Shown in pieces: positions 15,597-30,041 of a DNA stretch of 64,000 nt; position 1 is the first letter of the stretch, and the number at the start of each line of letters is the position of its first letter. The DNA is taken from assembly GCA_026023565.1 (NCBI GenBank), contig JAPETS010000013.1, positions 558,001-622,000 on the forward strand. Direction: 5' to 3'. The translations under genes and the position numbers were made by a program. Source of the stretch: Cirrosporium novae-zelandiae. Taxonomy: Eukaryota. The notes under the pieces are model-generated. The model made no database searches. It saw only the letters and a list, made by a program, of their open reading frames with translations, and was not told the DNA's origin.

Positions 15597-16538
15597 GATT
15601 ATCTACCCTTTAACACCTTCTGTTTAAGCCCACTTCTCGTCCCCCGAGAAGGAGCGCGCTGTAGTATGTTTGACTCAGGGCGTGAGGATGAATGGTTGTG
15701 ATATCGAGACGTAGAATGTGAAAATAGGATGAATGGAAGATATGAGTTGACAAGGTGCTTGAGGATTCAGGAAGTTGACCTGAGATGCTCAAAAGCTCGG
15801 CGTAATAGTCGACCTTGAAAGAAGTTTAGAGGTTAGATACTTGGTTGATGAGAGAAAAAGTAGAAGAGGAAGAAGTTATGGCTTTCCTTTAGAAAATAAC
15901 AGTAGCTTTAGCGAGGCTTCAGCCTCGTATTTCTTGGGACTGGTCTCGAATTCGCGGTGGTTGGGAAATGGCTGGGAAAATGAACAATTCTGTAAATCGG
16001 AGGCTGGGATTTTTGGAGTTGTTGATACTATTTGGTTGCTAAGGCTACCTCAACGCCAAGCTTCCCTAGTGCCGGGAGCTTAACCAATAATGGAACTAGG
16101 TGCCTGCCAAGCATTTCCTTATCAAGCAAGTCCGTGCTAACCGACAGAAATTCCGGAAATCCATGATCTACCGCTTACCGCTTCACCTTGCATGACGTCT
16201 GCCACGTTTACACCGTCAGGACCGTGTACTTTGAATGCTACTAAAGAGTCTTTCCAGCTTCATTTTGTGAATCAAACCTAATGAACGATACGAGCTTACA
16301 CCTCCCTTTGCCCTTCCATCAGCTTTCTTCCATTGAGATAAAGTATAAACACCGCCATTTGGTCATAACTCATCCTCATGATCCACACTTCCTATAGGCC
16401 CACTTCACTCTTTTAGAATAGCAGTAATAACTGGACAATGACAACTGATAGGTGTTTTTATGGGGAAAGGAAGCCCTGTTCTCCGGATACCAATGCAACA
16501 CAGGAGACCAACTCCACTAAGAATATATACATAATTGA

Positions 16539-18677
16539 TCACCGGCTGCTTCTAGGCTTGAAGGCAAATCTGCCCAAATCTAATCCTCTATCTGGCTTAA
16601 CCTCATCCAAACATTCCTCCCCATCACCATCATCTTCACTATTAGGCACGATAAAATCCTCACTACCACGGAAAGATGTCTCTGCTGAGTCTGATAGAGG
16701 CAGAGCAGGAAGATCGTGAACAGTTTCTGGGGTTAGAACTTCGGCTGATACCGATCGCCCACGTTTCTGATACCTAAATCTGTCAAGTCCTTTCTTTATT
16801 GATTCTTCACACACGTTTGAGGAGCTTTGTGAGGGACTTGCCGTCACCGTAGTGACAGTGGTAGCCTGTGACAGATCAATCCCTGAACTTGACGTAGAAC
16901 CCGTGAGTATTGTAGACGCTGTTGAGGATTCTTTGCGTATAGTTCTTCCCAGAGACTTTCTTTGCGAACCGTTGGGCCGTTTATCCTCTTCCCATACCTT
17001 GAGTCTTTTCTCCTTGACCTCAATGGATTCTGTAGAAATATCAGGTATCTCTGCCATGATTGCCTCAACCGAATCATCCGACCAAATATTAACATCCATC
17101 TTCTTAGGTTTCTTCGGTATGAAGAACTTGCTTACACCTGTCGATTCTTCGTCTTCGCTAGATGTCCTTGAAGCGGTGGGTGTCTCCAATGAGCCAGAAC
17201 ATAATCGCTGTCTTTTCTGTGGAGGAGGTGCAGACAGTGGCGTTCGTGGAGTTCCCAATGTTCGTCCTATCCGGATGGCTGGTGTCGGTGTCCTATTCTC
17301 AGGCTCACGACAAGGAGCAGGGCTTGAGTACCATGTACTATTACTCTGCGCTGAAAGCAGTCGTCGTTGACTGGGAGAAGGAGTGAAACTGTTCGGATCA
17401 AGTTCAGCTAGTGGAATACGGGTTGACTTGAAGAACGCATCAATTGGTTTCCTCGGCTTAAGATCTGAGGGTGCCCCAATTGTGACTCTTCGCAAAGGAT
17501 GCATAGCAGGTTTTGCGGTAAGTTTTGTGGTAGGCTTTGTAGCCGTTCTAGTCTTCCTGACAATAATAATTGGTTCCTTTGTCATTGGATGAAGATCTCC
17601 ACTCGCAACTCCTTGAGCTATCTCTGGTTTCATTGATGCTCCAATGAATGGCATATCCTTATCTGCTTCATCCTGGTTGCCTTCCTGGATATCTGTATGC
17701 ATTACAATGGTCTTTGAAATCGGACAGTAGACTCGTTGATGGAGAAACGTCAACTCCGCCTTCTTAAAATCTTCAAGATATCCAACAGGGACCCGAAATT
17801 GACCATCAAATTGCAGCATCTTCAAAATCTTCTCAATCGATTTGTGCTTGCGGACCAAACGATATGCTGTCTTCAATCCCATTTTATTAATGTTTGCCAA
17901 ATAGTCGCAGCCGCTCAGAATCGCCATTCGTCGAAAATCAGCATCTGTCCATCCCGTCAAACTAACTTCTCGACAAGCAGCAAAGTCCCTGCGATTTATT
18001 TCTATGCAGTCTCCATATTGGTCGAGTTTGGTGAGCAGGCGCTTGGCTCCAAATACCAACAGATCGGAATCCTCGGAGAGTATGCCCTGGATGATACCCT
18101 TCCGTTCCAGATATACCAATTGAGCATCAGCTTCGTAAGGAGCCACAACATACTCAATCCCCATGGCTTTAAGCTCCTCGATCAACTCTCGGGCCATAAC
18201 AGGTGTAACATCGATAGCTTTCTGAAGCTCATGATGTGCCTGAGAAATCTTTCCAAGTTCCTTAAATTGCAAACCTTTCCTCCTGCTTTCTTCCCTTCGT
18301 ATTGCTCTTCCTTCTTCCGTAGCAGCCTTACTAGGAAGGTAGTCTCCATCAAATACTAGGTAGGGTACGACGCCAAAATGTAGAAGCATACGAACTCTAT
18401 CCATAGCAAACTTCACATATCTAAGCATGTCAATCTATGGACGAACAACATGACTGGGAGGACAAACTTTGTTGTAGGCTTTCCGGTAGCCAGTTCAATG
18501 GCACATGCAATTGTGCCTCTATGAAGCCAGCCATAGGCATCGATTCCAATGGTTAGGCCAGCAAATTTTTTGAGATTACATGGCTTCTGTATTGATTTTA
18601 AAAGCGGGAGAAGCCCTATTCATGATTAACGCGTCTCTCTTGAAAGACTCGATTGGGCATTTACCGCTAATGCCCAT
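16539..18677 (-). CDS. EXO1: Exonuclease 1 (XPG/Rad2 family)
   Basis: MGISGLLP start at 18677 via two introns; IDAYGWLHRG, LVFDG, VVAPYEADAQL, SEDSDLLVFG, ILSGCDY; long disordered C-terminus. Confidence 0.95.
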
Positions 18678-18954
18678 TGCAAATAGATGGATTTGTCGGG
18701 GTGGTCGTCAGGTGATAAGGACCAGTTTTGTTTATATGCTACTGGTCAACGTTGACAGCCCGTCGTCATTTTGTATAGCCGTAGCTTCGGACAGCTCTCA
18801 TCCAAGAGCTGTATTGTTAGCAACCAGTAATGATAGAAGGTATTTTAAGCAAGAGGTTTGTTTAAATTAGTAGTGTTTGCAAGATTGATGCGGAGAAATA
18901 TGCAACTAGCTCTTGCCTCCTTGCCTCCTAATTAGCTGGAAGTTAGAACTCACG

Positions 18955-18968
18955 ACGCGAGGACGCGA
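18955..18968. promoter_or_regulatory. Tandem MCB-like elements (ACGCGA x2) in the EXO1/TMA16 divergent promoter
   Basis: acgcgaggacgcga lies ~280 bp upstream of the EXO1 ATG; a perfect ACGCGT also occurs at 18629-18634 in EXO1 intron 1. Confidence 0.5.
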
Positions 18969-19089
18969 ACTAATTCCTCGGTACCTCCCTCGCGCTACCC
19001 TCCACCGCCTTGATTTCTGCCGTCTAAATTACAGTATTTTCAACTCCGTCAAAGTCTGTCATACTTGATCAAACCTACTGACCTTCAAC

Positions 19090-19744
19090 ATGCCTCAGAA
19101 AACACTCTATAAAATACAAAAACAGGTGGCTAAGAAGAGAAGAGGGAATGTCCATGCCCTGCATGAGAATAGTCGAGATGTACAAAGACTACGCAGGGCT
19201 TCTGCAAGAGATGATAAGCTTGCACGTTTGGCATCAACCCGATCAAAACTCAACCAACATTATTGTACGAATACCATTGAGCTCATTCGAGATAGTTTCA
19301 CTGATAGAGGAATATAGTACAGAGAGTTGACTTCTTCAAAGATGCAGCGGAATTAGCGACGGAGACTGCCATTGACCAGCAAGACATTCAGAGTCTAATC
19401 CGAAGGTGATATTATTTTTATTCCTATGTTCTAACTACAAATGCTGAATGTTCAATATCAGGTATATCAATCGCGACGATGAAGAGTTAAAAACCCTCCA
19501 AAGCCAACGAAGACCGGGAAGGCCATCTAGTACTCGAGAGGACCAGCTTAAACAGCGAATTGATAAAGAAAAGAGGGAATATATTTCTGGGTTCTGGGTT
19601 CCGGATATGGAAAATCCAAAGACAATGGAATTCTTGAGGCAGTGGAACGGCCAATGGGAAGGTCTAAATGTGCTTAGTTTTGTACGAATATCTAAGGATG
19701 GGGTACGGCATCAATCTAGCTTTCCTCCAAAAGGCGAATCATGA
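19090..19744 (+). CDS. TMA16: Translation machinery-associated protein 16 (3 exons)
   Basis: LHENSRDVQRLRRA..RDDKL; YINRDDEEL..RRPGRPSSTRED..EYISGFWVPD. Confidence 0.85.
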
Positions 19745-20067
19745 TATTTCGATATCTAATCTAAATCTCATTTACGCATAGAATGCTCGTACCTGGGTAC
19801 TAACAATCTTGGTATCATTGGTAACCATAATGGATAATTACAGTCAGTACTGTAGACGTTACCTAAGTACAGTACCTAGGTACTTAGGACGATAAAAAAC
19901 GATAAAAAAATTACGGTAAACTTACGTCAACGGTTTCTTCGGAGGTGAAATGCGCTAGCGGCTGAAAAGTCTACTGTATCTTTTTTCTCGGCGCAAAGCT
20001 CTCCCCAGATTCCAAATCAAACTTGAGATTTCATTATCTATAAACACAACTCAGCCTTTAAATTTGT

Positions 20068-21206
20068 ATGAAAATGATGTCCATCCGTTCCTTTACCCGA
20101 TCGGTACCTCGGTCATTCGCCAGAACCTTCACGGCATCAGCTGGTCGACCCATTGTCGCAAGATTGCAGCCAAGACTGCTTCAGACGTCATGGAAGCAAA
20201 CTGCAATTCCTAGAACTGCAACATTTTCCACCTTCCAACCAAGATTGCAAAAGGCTGGTGAAGGTATATCTGCAAGAAATTTACAATTTTTTCTACTTTC
20301 TGCTAATACAACCTATAGTCGATGAGGAGTTGTCCGCCAAGTTTGAATCTGAGTTACAATTGGAAAATGATGCCCGGGATCCGGATGAAATGCCTGCCAA
20401 TGTAAAAGACTTCATTGAAAATGGACCTTTTGAGGTATGTTACCTATTACGTGTAGAAATGCAATTCTGACGGATTGAATTTGAAGATTGTCGATATTCC
20501 TGGTCAGGAAGAGGTAGCTCTCAAGCGCACATTTGGAAATGAACAGTGAGTATTCATACTTTGGCAACCGCTGCTTCGTTGACTAATTCATATTAGAATT
20601 ACAGTTCGATTTTCGGTTGCAGATTTGAATTCAATGGACCAGGACCCAGATCAGTTTGCAGAGGACAAAGCTTTATACGATGAAGAAGATATGGATATGG
20701 ATGCACAGTCAGGAGCAGCAAATACGAAAGGTGCTATTAATCAGGGCCGTAAAGAGGATGGAAACTTCAAGGTAGCTCCTGAAGATAGTGTTGCGCCTGC
20801 CGATAGGCCCGAAATTGCAGACGAGGAAGGCGCCGAAGGAGAACAAGAGCCAAGCTTCCCGGTTCGTCTCAACATCACTATTGAGAAGGCTGGAAAGGAA
20901 GGTGTAATCCAAGTGGAAACTTTGGCTCATGACGGACTAATTGATATCGACAACATTTACTACTGGCCCGATGCCAAGATAGCAAATTCCCAAACCGCAG
21001 AGAAGGAATGGCAGGGTAGGAATCTTTATACGGGTCCTCCCTTTGGCAATCTCGATGAAGATCTTCAAGTAATGATGGAACGATATCTCAGTGAACGGGG
21101 AGTCAATACCGCGTTGGCACTCTTCTGCCCTGACTACGTCGACTACAAAGAACAAAGAGAATACCTCCGGTGGTTAAACAACATGAAGTCATTTATTGAT
21201 GCTTAA
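20068..21206 (+). CDS. MAM33: Mitochondrial acidic matrix protein, Mam33/p32 family (4 exons)
   Basis: Arg/Ser-rich mitochondrial presequence; acidic body; YTGPPFGNLDEDLQ..YLSERGVNTALA..DYKEQREYLRWL. Confidence 0.92.
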
Positions 21207-21688
21207 ATGACTTGTTTGGCCTTGTATGTTGGTGAATGGGTCGTGTGATAGGAAAAAAAAAAGTGGAACAGGGTGGGTATGCTGCATTCTCGAATGTCTT
21301 TGTTAGGATTTTTTGAAAGGTCGATGGAGGACAAGGTCCTGGATGGATCATGTATCAATTAAAGGCGAGGTGCACAGAGTCTGGTATGGTATCCATGAGA
21401 CGAATGAAGTAATTGCAATGGTACAAGGTACAAAGTAATGGAGTAATTAAAGATAAGATAAGATTACAATACATACTCGAGTAGATCTTGTAATTTTTCA
21501 ACCTCGGTAACTGCCAATGCAAGTAAGTACCAAGTAAACAAGGGAAGGGCCAAGGTGACTCTCGTTATTTATTACCGATTGATCGGTCCCTTATCAAATG
21601 GATTGGACCTGTGATCAAGAAATACGTCAGCTCAGAAGCAAAACATTGATACTTTTATACGTGTATATTTCATATACCCAACTCCATT

Positions 21689-23816
21689 ATGGCTACTCCA
21701 AACCCACCATCCCATCCTTCATCGACCCCCAAAAATCCAGCGATGACGCCTAGTGCACAGATAGGAATCTCTTCTCCATATCCAAATGCTCCCACATCTA
21801 TTTCTCGAACTCATCCGTCCCCAGCCCTTCATTCTAAAGCTGCCCATAATAAGTCTCCCTCAAAAACTCCAGCCAGCCATGGAATCTCTACTCCGAATGC
21901 AGCTGCAATCGCATCAAGCCATTATGATTCTCCAAGTGCTGTCGCTCTTCACTTTAGTAACGCTGGTACACCACTACCACACTTTAATGGTATCAGTACT
22001 CCGATGCAATTAGGATCAACCCCAAACCCCCAAGATAATGAGGACGAGCGCTCGCGAAGATTGAATATGATTTTACAAATTATAGGGACTAAGACTGGCT
22101 ATGTTAGTTCTGATGGCTTAGAAAGAGTTGCTAAAAGATGTGGTTTGGACTGTCTGTGGGACGAGAACCCGTTAAGAGGGGAGAGCACATTTATGATTGC
22201 GGGGAGTCACTTTATCATTGAAGTCGCATTTTCTCCAGGTGAAGATAAAAGAGCCATCAGGAAATTGACACTCACATTCCCAACGACTCAAGGTAGTGAG
22301 CTTCATGAGGGCGGAGCTCGAGGAGCGGAGGTTTTGAAACATCACCTCTCCCCTTCTGAGGACGATGAAGGTCATGGTGGATATGTTGATCTCCGCAGGT
22401 TTAAACAAGACCTAGAGACGCTTGCGGGGCTAGATAAGCTCAGCGCCGAGATAAATTGCTTCGAAGCTCTTGAGGGCCTTTATAACAGTCTACGAAAGAT
22501 ATGGGTCTTTGAACTTAAGAAGATGGACTGCAATCGACCAGATGATAGATCTGCAACAAACGAACCTAAGCGTAGGAGGGTCCTATGTACGAAGAGTGGA
22601 CGGCCTGACATGCATTCTCGAAACCAGGTTGGCCTTAGTACGGCGTACTGGATCGAGAGACATTTGGTTCTACATCGAATAGCGAAACCCAAAACCTTTC
22701 CCAGGAATGAGCAAGATGAAAGCGATGAGATGTTGGAGCCAAAAATTTGGGCTGTGGTGCTTGAATGCGAAGCGTACCCTGCCGATGCCTACCCCCCGAT
22801 GCGAGTGGCAAATCAATGGGTATCAGACGAGGTTGAGAAGCCAATGGAAGCAAGAGATGATATTTTTGATCTGGACCTGCCATCAATTCCTCAAATTGAC
22901 TGGATAGATCCGGTTCCGACAACCACCAAAGCAGGCCTTTTGCCTGATATCCGGTTTGTGGCTCACCTGGAGCCACCGGTTACTCTGCCCTGTTCTGTCG
23001 TCTCCATTATTTACCAAAACATGGGGCACGTCGTCACTCCTCAGCAGCTTACCACATTCGGGCAGTTCGTCACATTCGAATCGCTTTTATTTCCACATAT
23101 GGTTCAGATTCCTGTGTTCGGCCAAATGGGCCAACAACAAATAAACTTATCCCGAACAGTCTCTTCGCAGACCAAGGACAGAATATTAATAGAGAGACAG
23201 CATCTTAACTCCCTCTTCCTACAGAAGCAGGACTACGGCAAAACAATTTCAGAGATCCCCTTCTCACACCCCAGGCAGCTAATAGAGATATTCCCGGTAA
23301 GCCCCTTGACATAAAAATTCCAGCAAGCTCGACAGCAACAAAAAAAAGCTAATCTCCTATTACAAGATCCTCCGACAATGGGTACTCGTCTCCAGCATCC
23401 TCACCAACAGTTTTTCCGCACCCAATCCCCCCCCAGCCCCCAAATCCCCCCCCAACCCAAAGTCGCCCACAAGCCTCTCAGCCTCACTCTCAAAAGTCCT
23501 TCTCATCCCCCCCTCAGAAGACCTCGGCGAGCCCAAACCACCCCTAGTGAATATGACCGTCGTATTCAACACCCGCCCAACCCCCCGCTTCATGGTCTCA
23601 TTCAACACCGGCAGCAATCATCCCCCCATCCAATTCGCGATTCAGATCCTACCGAACGGCGAGGTCCAGGCTTCAGACCTCGTGACACCTCGGCAGGAGC
23701 CGCTGGATGAGGAGAGGAGGAGGAAACTGGAAGATAAAATCGCAGGGGCGGTTAAGATATCGGAGGATCTCGGGATGGTGATTGAGCTGCTTTTGAGAGA
23801 GCTGGGTGATGTGTAA
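21689..23816 (+). CDS. MED1: Mediator of RNA polymerase II transcription subunit 1 (2 exons)
   Basis: VSSDGLERVAKRCGLDC, LETLAGLDKLS..NCFEALEGL, GRPDMH, EIPFSHPRQL..ILRQW; intron 23296-23366 joins in frame to 23816. Confidence 0.75.
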
Positions 23817-24358
23817 AGAGAAGGCTCGTGGGTGGGTGGATGGATGGGAGGACCGTGGTGACTATGGAATCACTAATCAATCGCTATAGCATGGAAGGGG
23901 AAGTTAATTGGTGTTAGTTGGGTATGGATTCGACAGGATTGATTGCATACTCTAGGCCTGGCGTACTTTTATAAAAAAGAAATAAACAAGAGATAGATAC
24001 CCCCTTTGCAAAAAGCAAAAAATACAAATAATCATGACGCCTTACAAAATACAAGTTCTAGAATTTTTTTTTCTTTTCAAAGTAAATATGTTTTGTTGGT
24101 CAATCAATCAATCCATCAATCAATCTAAGTCATATGAATTCTTGGTTTAGAGTAATTTAACAACCCGTAAAGGGTTAGATTAGGTTAAGCCAGACCGAAT
24201 GAGCCAGTTACTTGTAGTTGATAGTTGATGAAGACGATGATGATGATGTAGCGGCATTAATATACAATCACCCCCCCTTCTCCCCTTCTTCTCCCTCTTC
24301 TTCTTCTCATTCATATTAGATACCTACGTACCTGCCTGCCTACCTACTTCAAAAGCAA

Positions 24359-26106
24359 CTAAAAGTGGATAGCCTGGGAATAAGTGGCCATAGCGCCCTC
24401 CTTGAACGCCTCCGCCAACGTCGGGTGCGCATGGCACGTCCTGGCGATATCCTCACAGCTGGCACCGTACTCGAGAGCTAAGGTAGCCTCAGCGATCATC
24501 TCGCCGGCATTGGGTCCAACAATGTGGACGCCGAGGATGCGATCCGTCTCCTTATCCGCGAGGAATTTCACCATGCCCTCGGTGTCGAGATTCGTTTTCG
24601 CTCTGGAGTTGGCTGAGAATGGGAAGGTTCCGATGGTATAGTTGACGCCTTGGGATTTGAGATCGGCTTCTGAGGCGCCGACCCAGGCGACTTCGGGATG
24701 GGTGTACATGACGGATGGGATGGCGCCGTAGTTGACGTGGCCGTAGCCCTTGGTGATGAGTTCGACGGCGGCGACGGCTTCTTCTTCGGCTTTGTGGGCG
24801 AGCATGGGGCCGAACGTTACGTCGCCGATGACTCGGATGTGCGATTTGGCGGTGCGGTATTCGTGGTCGATTACGAAGCGGCCTTTGTTGTCGGTTTCTA
24901 GGCCTACGGCTTCCATGTTGAGGCCCGCGGTGTAGGGACGACGGCCAATGGCTACGAGAACAACATCCGCCTCGAGCTATATTGTAGAATACTGGTTAAG
25001 AAGGGGGGTTCTGGGAGTGGTTGGAGAAGGAAGGAGAAGGGGAAGGGGGGCGACGTACGGTTTCTTCTTTACCACCCTTGGCGGCTTCGACGGTAAGCTT
25101 GACATTCTCTCCGGAAACATCTCCCTTTGTGACCTTGGTGTTGACCTTGAAGTTGATCCCTTGCTTCTTGAGGAGCTTCTGGCTCATCTTCGCGATCTCG
25201 GCATCCATGCCCGGTCCACCGATCTGGCCCAAGAACTCTACGACCGTGACTTCAGCACCGAGCCTCGACCACACCGATCCCATTTCCAATCCGATGATTC
25301 CGCCACCAATGACAATCATTTTCTTGGGAACCTTCTCCAGGGAGAGAGCACCCGTCGAGGTAATGACACGTTTCTCATCAATCTCGAGGCCGGGGAATGG
25401 GGTCGACTCGGAACCAGTAGCAACGATAATGTTTTTGCCGCGCAGAGTAGTTTCACCACCGTCAAGAAGGTTCACCTTTATTGAGTGATCGTCAATGAAA
25501 CTACCGGTACCTTTGACGTATTCAACACCATTCTTCTTGAAGAGGAACTCAATGCCCTTGGTAAGACCTTCAACAGAAGTATCTTTTGCCTTCATCATTT
25601 GCGCAAGGTTGAGTTTGACATCTCCGACCTCAATTCCTCTTTTTTCCGTATCATGCTGGATCTGGTGGAGCAGGTGCGAGTTGTTGAGGAGGGATTTTGA
25701 TGGAATACAGCCGACATTCAAGCAAGTTCCGCCGAGTCTACCACGCTTCTCTACGCATACCGTCTATATGATCGCGGAGGTTAGGAAAATATTTTAGAAT
25801 GCCTTGGCGGGTGGTTGAGAGCCGTTGGGGAAGCTTACCTTGAGCCCAGCTTGGCCGGCTTTTATGGCAGCAACGTACCCGGCAACACCACCACCAATGA
25901 CGACCAAATCATGTTCATCTTGAAGGGAATTAGTAGCTGAAGAATTTCCGTAGATGCTATGAGCTCTTACCAGTTTCAGTGGCGTATCCTCGCCGTGACC
26001 GGTTGAGGATGGTGGAGGCCGGAGGAATGTAGGTGGGTAGAGCAAGACATTGAAACTGGCGAATAGAGGGCCTTGCGGCAGATCGAGAGTAGAGGGTCTT
26101 CAACAT
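24359..26106 (-). CDS. LPD1: Dihydrolipoamide dehydrogenase (E3), mitochondrial (4 exons)
   Basis: [49 protein letters not shown]; presequence from ATG 26106. Confidence 0.97.
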
Positions 26107-26344
26107 GGTGACAGGATGTAAAGAGAAGTGACAAGGAGTGGAATAGAGGAAGATGTTGGTAGAGCTGTCGCAAGTTGCAACAGCTTTTAAGTCTTGTGTT
26201 GAATTAATTGTCTGTATGTTCGGGACGGGACTTAACGGCGAATTTGAAAGCTGAATTGCCGTAGTTTAACCAAAACCATCGTCACCGAACTTCCGGCCAC
26301 CCCCACCCCCGTCTGCTTTACTGAGAGAGATAACCCACCTGGCC

Positions 26345-26384
26345 AGGCACATAGGCACATAGGCACATAGGCACATAGGCACAT
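26345..26384. repeat. Octamer tandem repeat (AGGCACAT)x5
   Basis: Directly visible between the SGD1 stop and the LPD1 promoter. Confidence 0.9.
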
Positions 26385-26419
26385 TATCTATACATTCTCT
26401 ACTGTAGTCCTTTTCATCT

Positions 26420-29212
26420 TCACCTCATTTCCGTTTCCAGAACTCCCAGGGTATCATAAGCAACTCTCCATCCCCATTTTACCACTTCTCGCTCCTTTTT
26501 CCCACCAGCTACGTCAGTCTTTCTAACCACCTTTCTTACAAAATATCGTAATCCAGCTATAATCGGCGGTGCATCCTTGACCGAAGCAAAGATATTCACC
26601 AAGGCCTTTTCATCATGCCTATGTTGTTTACACTTGCGCTGAGAATGTACTATCACTGTTATAAGCATTAGTTCAACAAACATTTTGGCTTTGGATTGGA
26701 GGTATGTGATATTCAGTGTCTACAAGACGTCAGTATCTGAAGAATATAAATGGAAATTATAACTATAACTCACCTTGAGAACACTCAATTTCAAAGCCCC
26801 CTCGGCAATCAAACTCCCAAACATCTTCGCCAGATTGACTGTCTGCTGCATACTAATCGAGTCGTCTTCATCCAGGTCAACATTTTCATAATCCCCTTCT
26901 AGGTCTCCGCTTTCTCCCATTCTTTTGAACAGGTCCCATAACGCGAACTGGAAGGCAAATTGCAATCTTCGTTCAGAGCAGAGCTTCCGCGCAATTATAG
27001 TGTAGAAGGGATTATAGACTTCTTCTGCACCCGTGCAATGGACTAGCACTCTTGGGATTTCATTCTCCTGGCTTTTCTTGAGTCGTAGTTTTAGCAGCCG
27101 ACGATGTGCATCTTGATAGTCTTGCGCGGACATTATCGAAATGAATATCGATCGTCGAACGTCTGTATTCATGCGTTGCTCCTTAGCCAATCGCAGGAGG
27201 TCCATAGTACTACCCTCAAGAAACCCGTCCTCTGAATCTGACGTATTGACCTTCGACTGAAATATCTCGGCATTCTCTCCGGTGGAAGTTTGACTATCAT
27301 TGCCCTTCCAGCTAGCACCTACAAGCCACCATTTTCCTCTTTTATCCGAGTTCCTGATATCTGTAAGGCCAATCCTTAGGGGTTCGCTTGCTCGAATACT
27401 TCTCGAGTTCAATGAGCCGAGAGTCTTTCGCATAGTTGCTCTGTGTTCAGAAGCGACAGCAAAAGCAGCAAATCCGGTTTTCATTCGATTGTTCTTGAGG
27501 TTGTCGATAGTTTCAATCATGAACTTCGTGCGAACCGATAAATTTTCTTCGCCCACTTTGGCGATCGCTGGTTGGAGCATGAGAACAACGTCCTTGAGTG
27601 CCGAGGGATCATCCTGTCGCAGCTGAGTTCCGGCATTTCTTATAATCTTCAAGAGCATCTCGGCGTGATGCTCCGACAAGTCTCCAAGCAGCTCCCGGAT
27701 ATAATCGAACATCAGTGTACTCCCCACTACCTGAAAGGTATACAGCTCCGCAACTAACGATATCAGATTTGTACCTTCTTTTCCTTGACCCTCAGTGAAA
27801 GAAAGTCTCTTGTCAAGCTCTTCGACCACCCGTTGGACCAAAGCAGCCCCGAAATCTGTACCAATGACCTTGTAGATCGCACAGATAAACCCAGCATGTA
27901 AGATAAGAAAGGTGTCATATAAACTTGACGGATCGCATATTAATCCTAGTAGCAAATTGACCAGGGTCGATGTAACATGTTGCCGTGGATTTTCTCTATA
28001 TAACTTCTCCACGTCTCCTAGGATGCTCAAGAGGTTCCCTTCCGAAAGTCGGTTAAGTAATCCTTGAGTCTGTCTTCGTAATCGAGTCAATGCCTCGGTA
28101 TCCGATGGGGATACTCCCTGTAGGGCGGGTGGTTTGTATTTCGTCACTGGAACAGTAGAAGTCGTAGGAGCGATGTATGGATTTTCCCTTTGCGGCTTTA
28201 CAGCTTCTGGGGGTTCTGAAATACTTGGATCCGATTCCGCACCTTTATCTGAATCGGAGAAACCACCAAACTCCTCATCTTCAACTTTATCTTCTACATC
28301 TTCGTCATCGTTAGATGAATCTTCGTTGCTGCTCTCCATATCATCATCTTTACCACTGCTATCGGCTTCAGCCTCTTCCTCGGTGGCATCATCCCCACCT
28401 AATGCTTTCCTCCTCTTTTCCGCCAGCCACTGTTCCTCTTCCCCTCTCTTCCTCTTCCCATTCCCACTTCCCTCGACTCCCACTAACTCATCAATCCCGC
28501 CCAACAAGCCGTCCAGTCCATCATCATGAAAGGCCTTTAATAGCTTCTTTCCTTTTTTCATTCCTAGCTGCTTCTCTAACCACAGAATTTCCGCATCATC
28601 TTGTGCCAATTGTTCTTTGACTTTTTTGGATGGTCGTGGGGGAGGGGGAGGGGGAGGGGATACATCATGAGAGTTGGAAGCTGGTATGGGATCGGGCTTT
28701 TGGGTACGCTTGAGGATAGATTTTTTAGGCATTAATGGGGGATTGCGATCGTTGGGGGTAGAGTCAGGCTTGGTTTGTTTGGCGGGTTTGAGTATTGACT
28801 TTAAAGGCTTCTCTGGTTCTGGTGGTGGCGGCTCGGATTCTCCATCTTTGTCGCCATTCTCTAGCACATCGTCAAGATTCTCGTCCACATCATCATCGCT
28901 TTCGTGTTCCTGTATTGTTCTCCCTTGTCGCGCCTTTCCTTTCTTCACAGCTCGTTCAGCCTTCCGCCGGTCTTTGCGCCCCAAGGAGCCATTGTAATTT
29001 CGTTTGTTTCGCCCACTTGGTTGGTTACGTTTCGGAGATATATGATTGCCTTTTGCATTGAAATATCATCATTAGCCAATCGACGTCATGTAAACGCATG
29101 AGAAACTAGGAGACAGTTACGAACCTTCAAGTCCCTCAAGTTGCTCCAGCAATTGTTTCGGTAGAGTGACTGTATGGGAATTGCTACCCCTTGGATCATT
29201 TAGCCGTGGCAT
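26420..29212 (-). CDS. SGD1: Sgd1/NOM1 nucleolar MIF4G + MA3 domain protein (3 exons)
   Basis: GLLNRLSEGNL, LRQDDPSALKD, RTKFMIETIDNLKNN, GKWWLVGASW, QRMNTDVRRSIF, YNPFY; start inferred at ATG 29212. Confidence 0.9.
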
Positions 29213-29478
29213 GATAAAAATTCCCTAAACATGCATTCCTAGATGTTGAATCTAGAACTCGCTAATCAAAAGCATCTTGAAAATGTCAAGAATGAATAAA
29301 AAAAAATGGAATTAAGATTTTAGGTGGTTGACCCTTGACAGATCCACAGCTAAAAAGAACTTTGTGACGAACGAACATGGGGGGGACCCAAAAACTAACG
29401 ATATCGTGAGGTTAAATAATACCTCTGCCCTACCAAAATACAAGAGCTCTTCTAGGCCTTGAGGCTCCTATTTGCAGT

Positions 29479-30041
29479 ATGGTCTCGATTCATCATTCCT
29501 CAAATGAAGATGTAATGACCCCCAAGTTATCTTTAATTTCATCTATCAGGACTATGGACTAACTCCAACATGGCCAGTTCTTCACCAACCTCACCACCCT
29601 CTTCACCAGCCACCACACACGAACACATGGCTCCGTTTTCCTAACACAAAAGCCATGTTCATCTCCCTCTCTCTTTTTTTTTTCCCCAAAGCTGAGACTA
29701 ATAATTATGCCACCCCAGTCCTCTCTTCCACCTCCACCGCAGCCCAAACTGCCGACCCGTCAGAACCCCCACAAAATATCCCAGTCCTAATACGCGCAAC
29801 GACCGAAGCCCCCAAAGCAAATACTACATTCACACCAACCCCCACACAGCCCTTTCCTCCAAAGTCCCTCAAAGATAAAACCAAGCTCTCCACGATAGTA
29901 CAACCAGAAGATCTAGACACGTTTTTTCTAAAATATGCGGAGATTTGTAAAGGGGGAATGCAGCAGGGATTAAAGAAACGGGATCGGAAGAAGAGGGATA
30001 AGAAAAAGAAAAAGGGAAAGTCAAAGGTGGAAAAGGTGTGA
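29479..30041 (+). CDS. SRP14: Signal recognition particle 14 kDa subunit (3 exons)
   Basis: Spliced SNEDFFTNLTTLF..HGSVFLTQK..VLIRAT..KLSTIVQPEDLDTFFLKYAEICKGGM..LKKRDRKK. Confidence 0.9.

Noticed and set aside
24384..25797. Several long + strand ORFs opposite LPD1
   Set aside because: Antisense shadow ORFs typical of codon-biased, highly expressed genes; the same applies to ORFs opposite EXO1, GLN1 and the 30810-35155 gene
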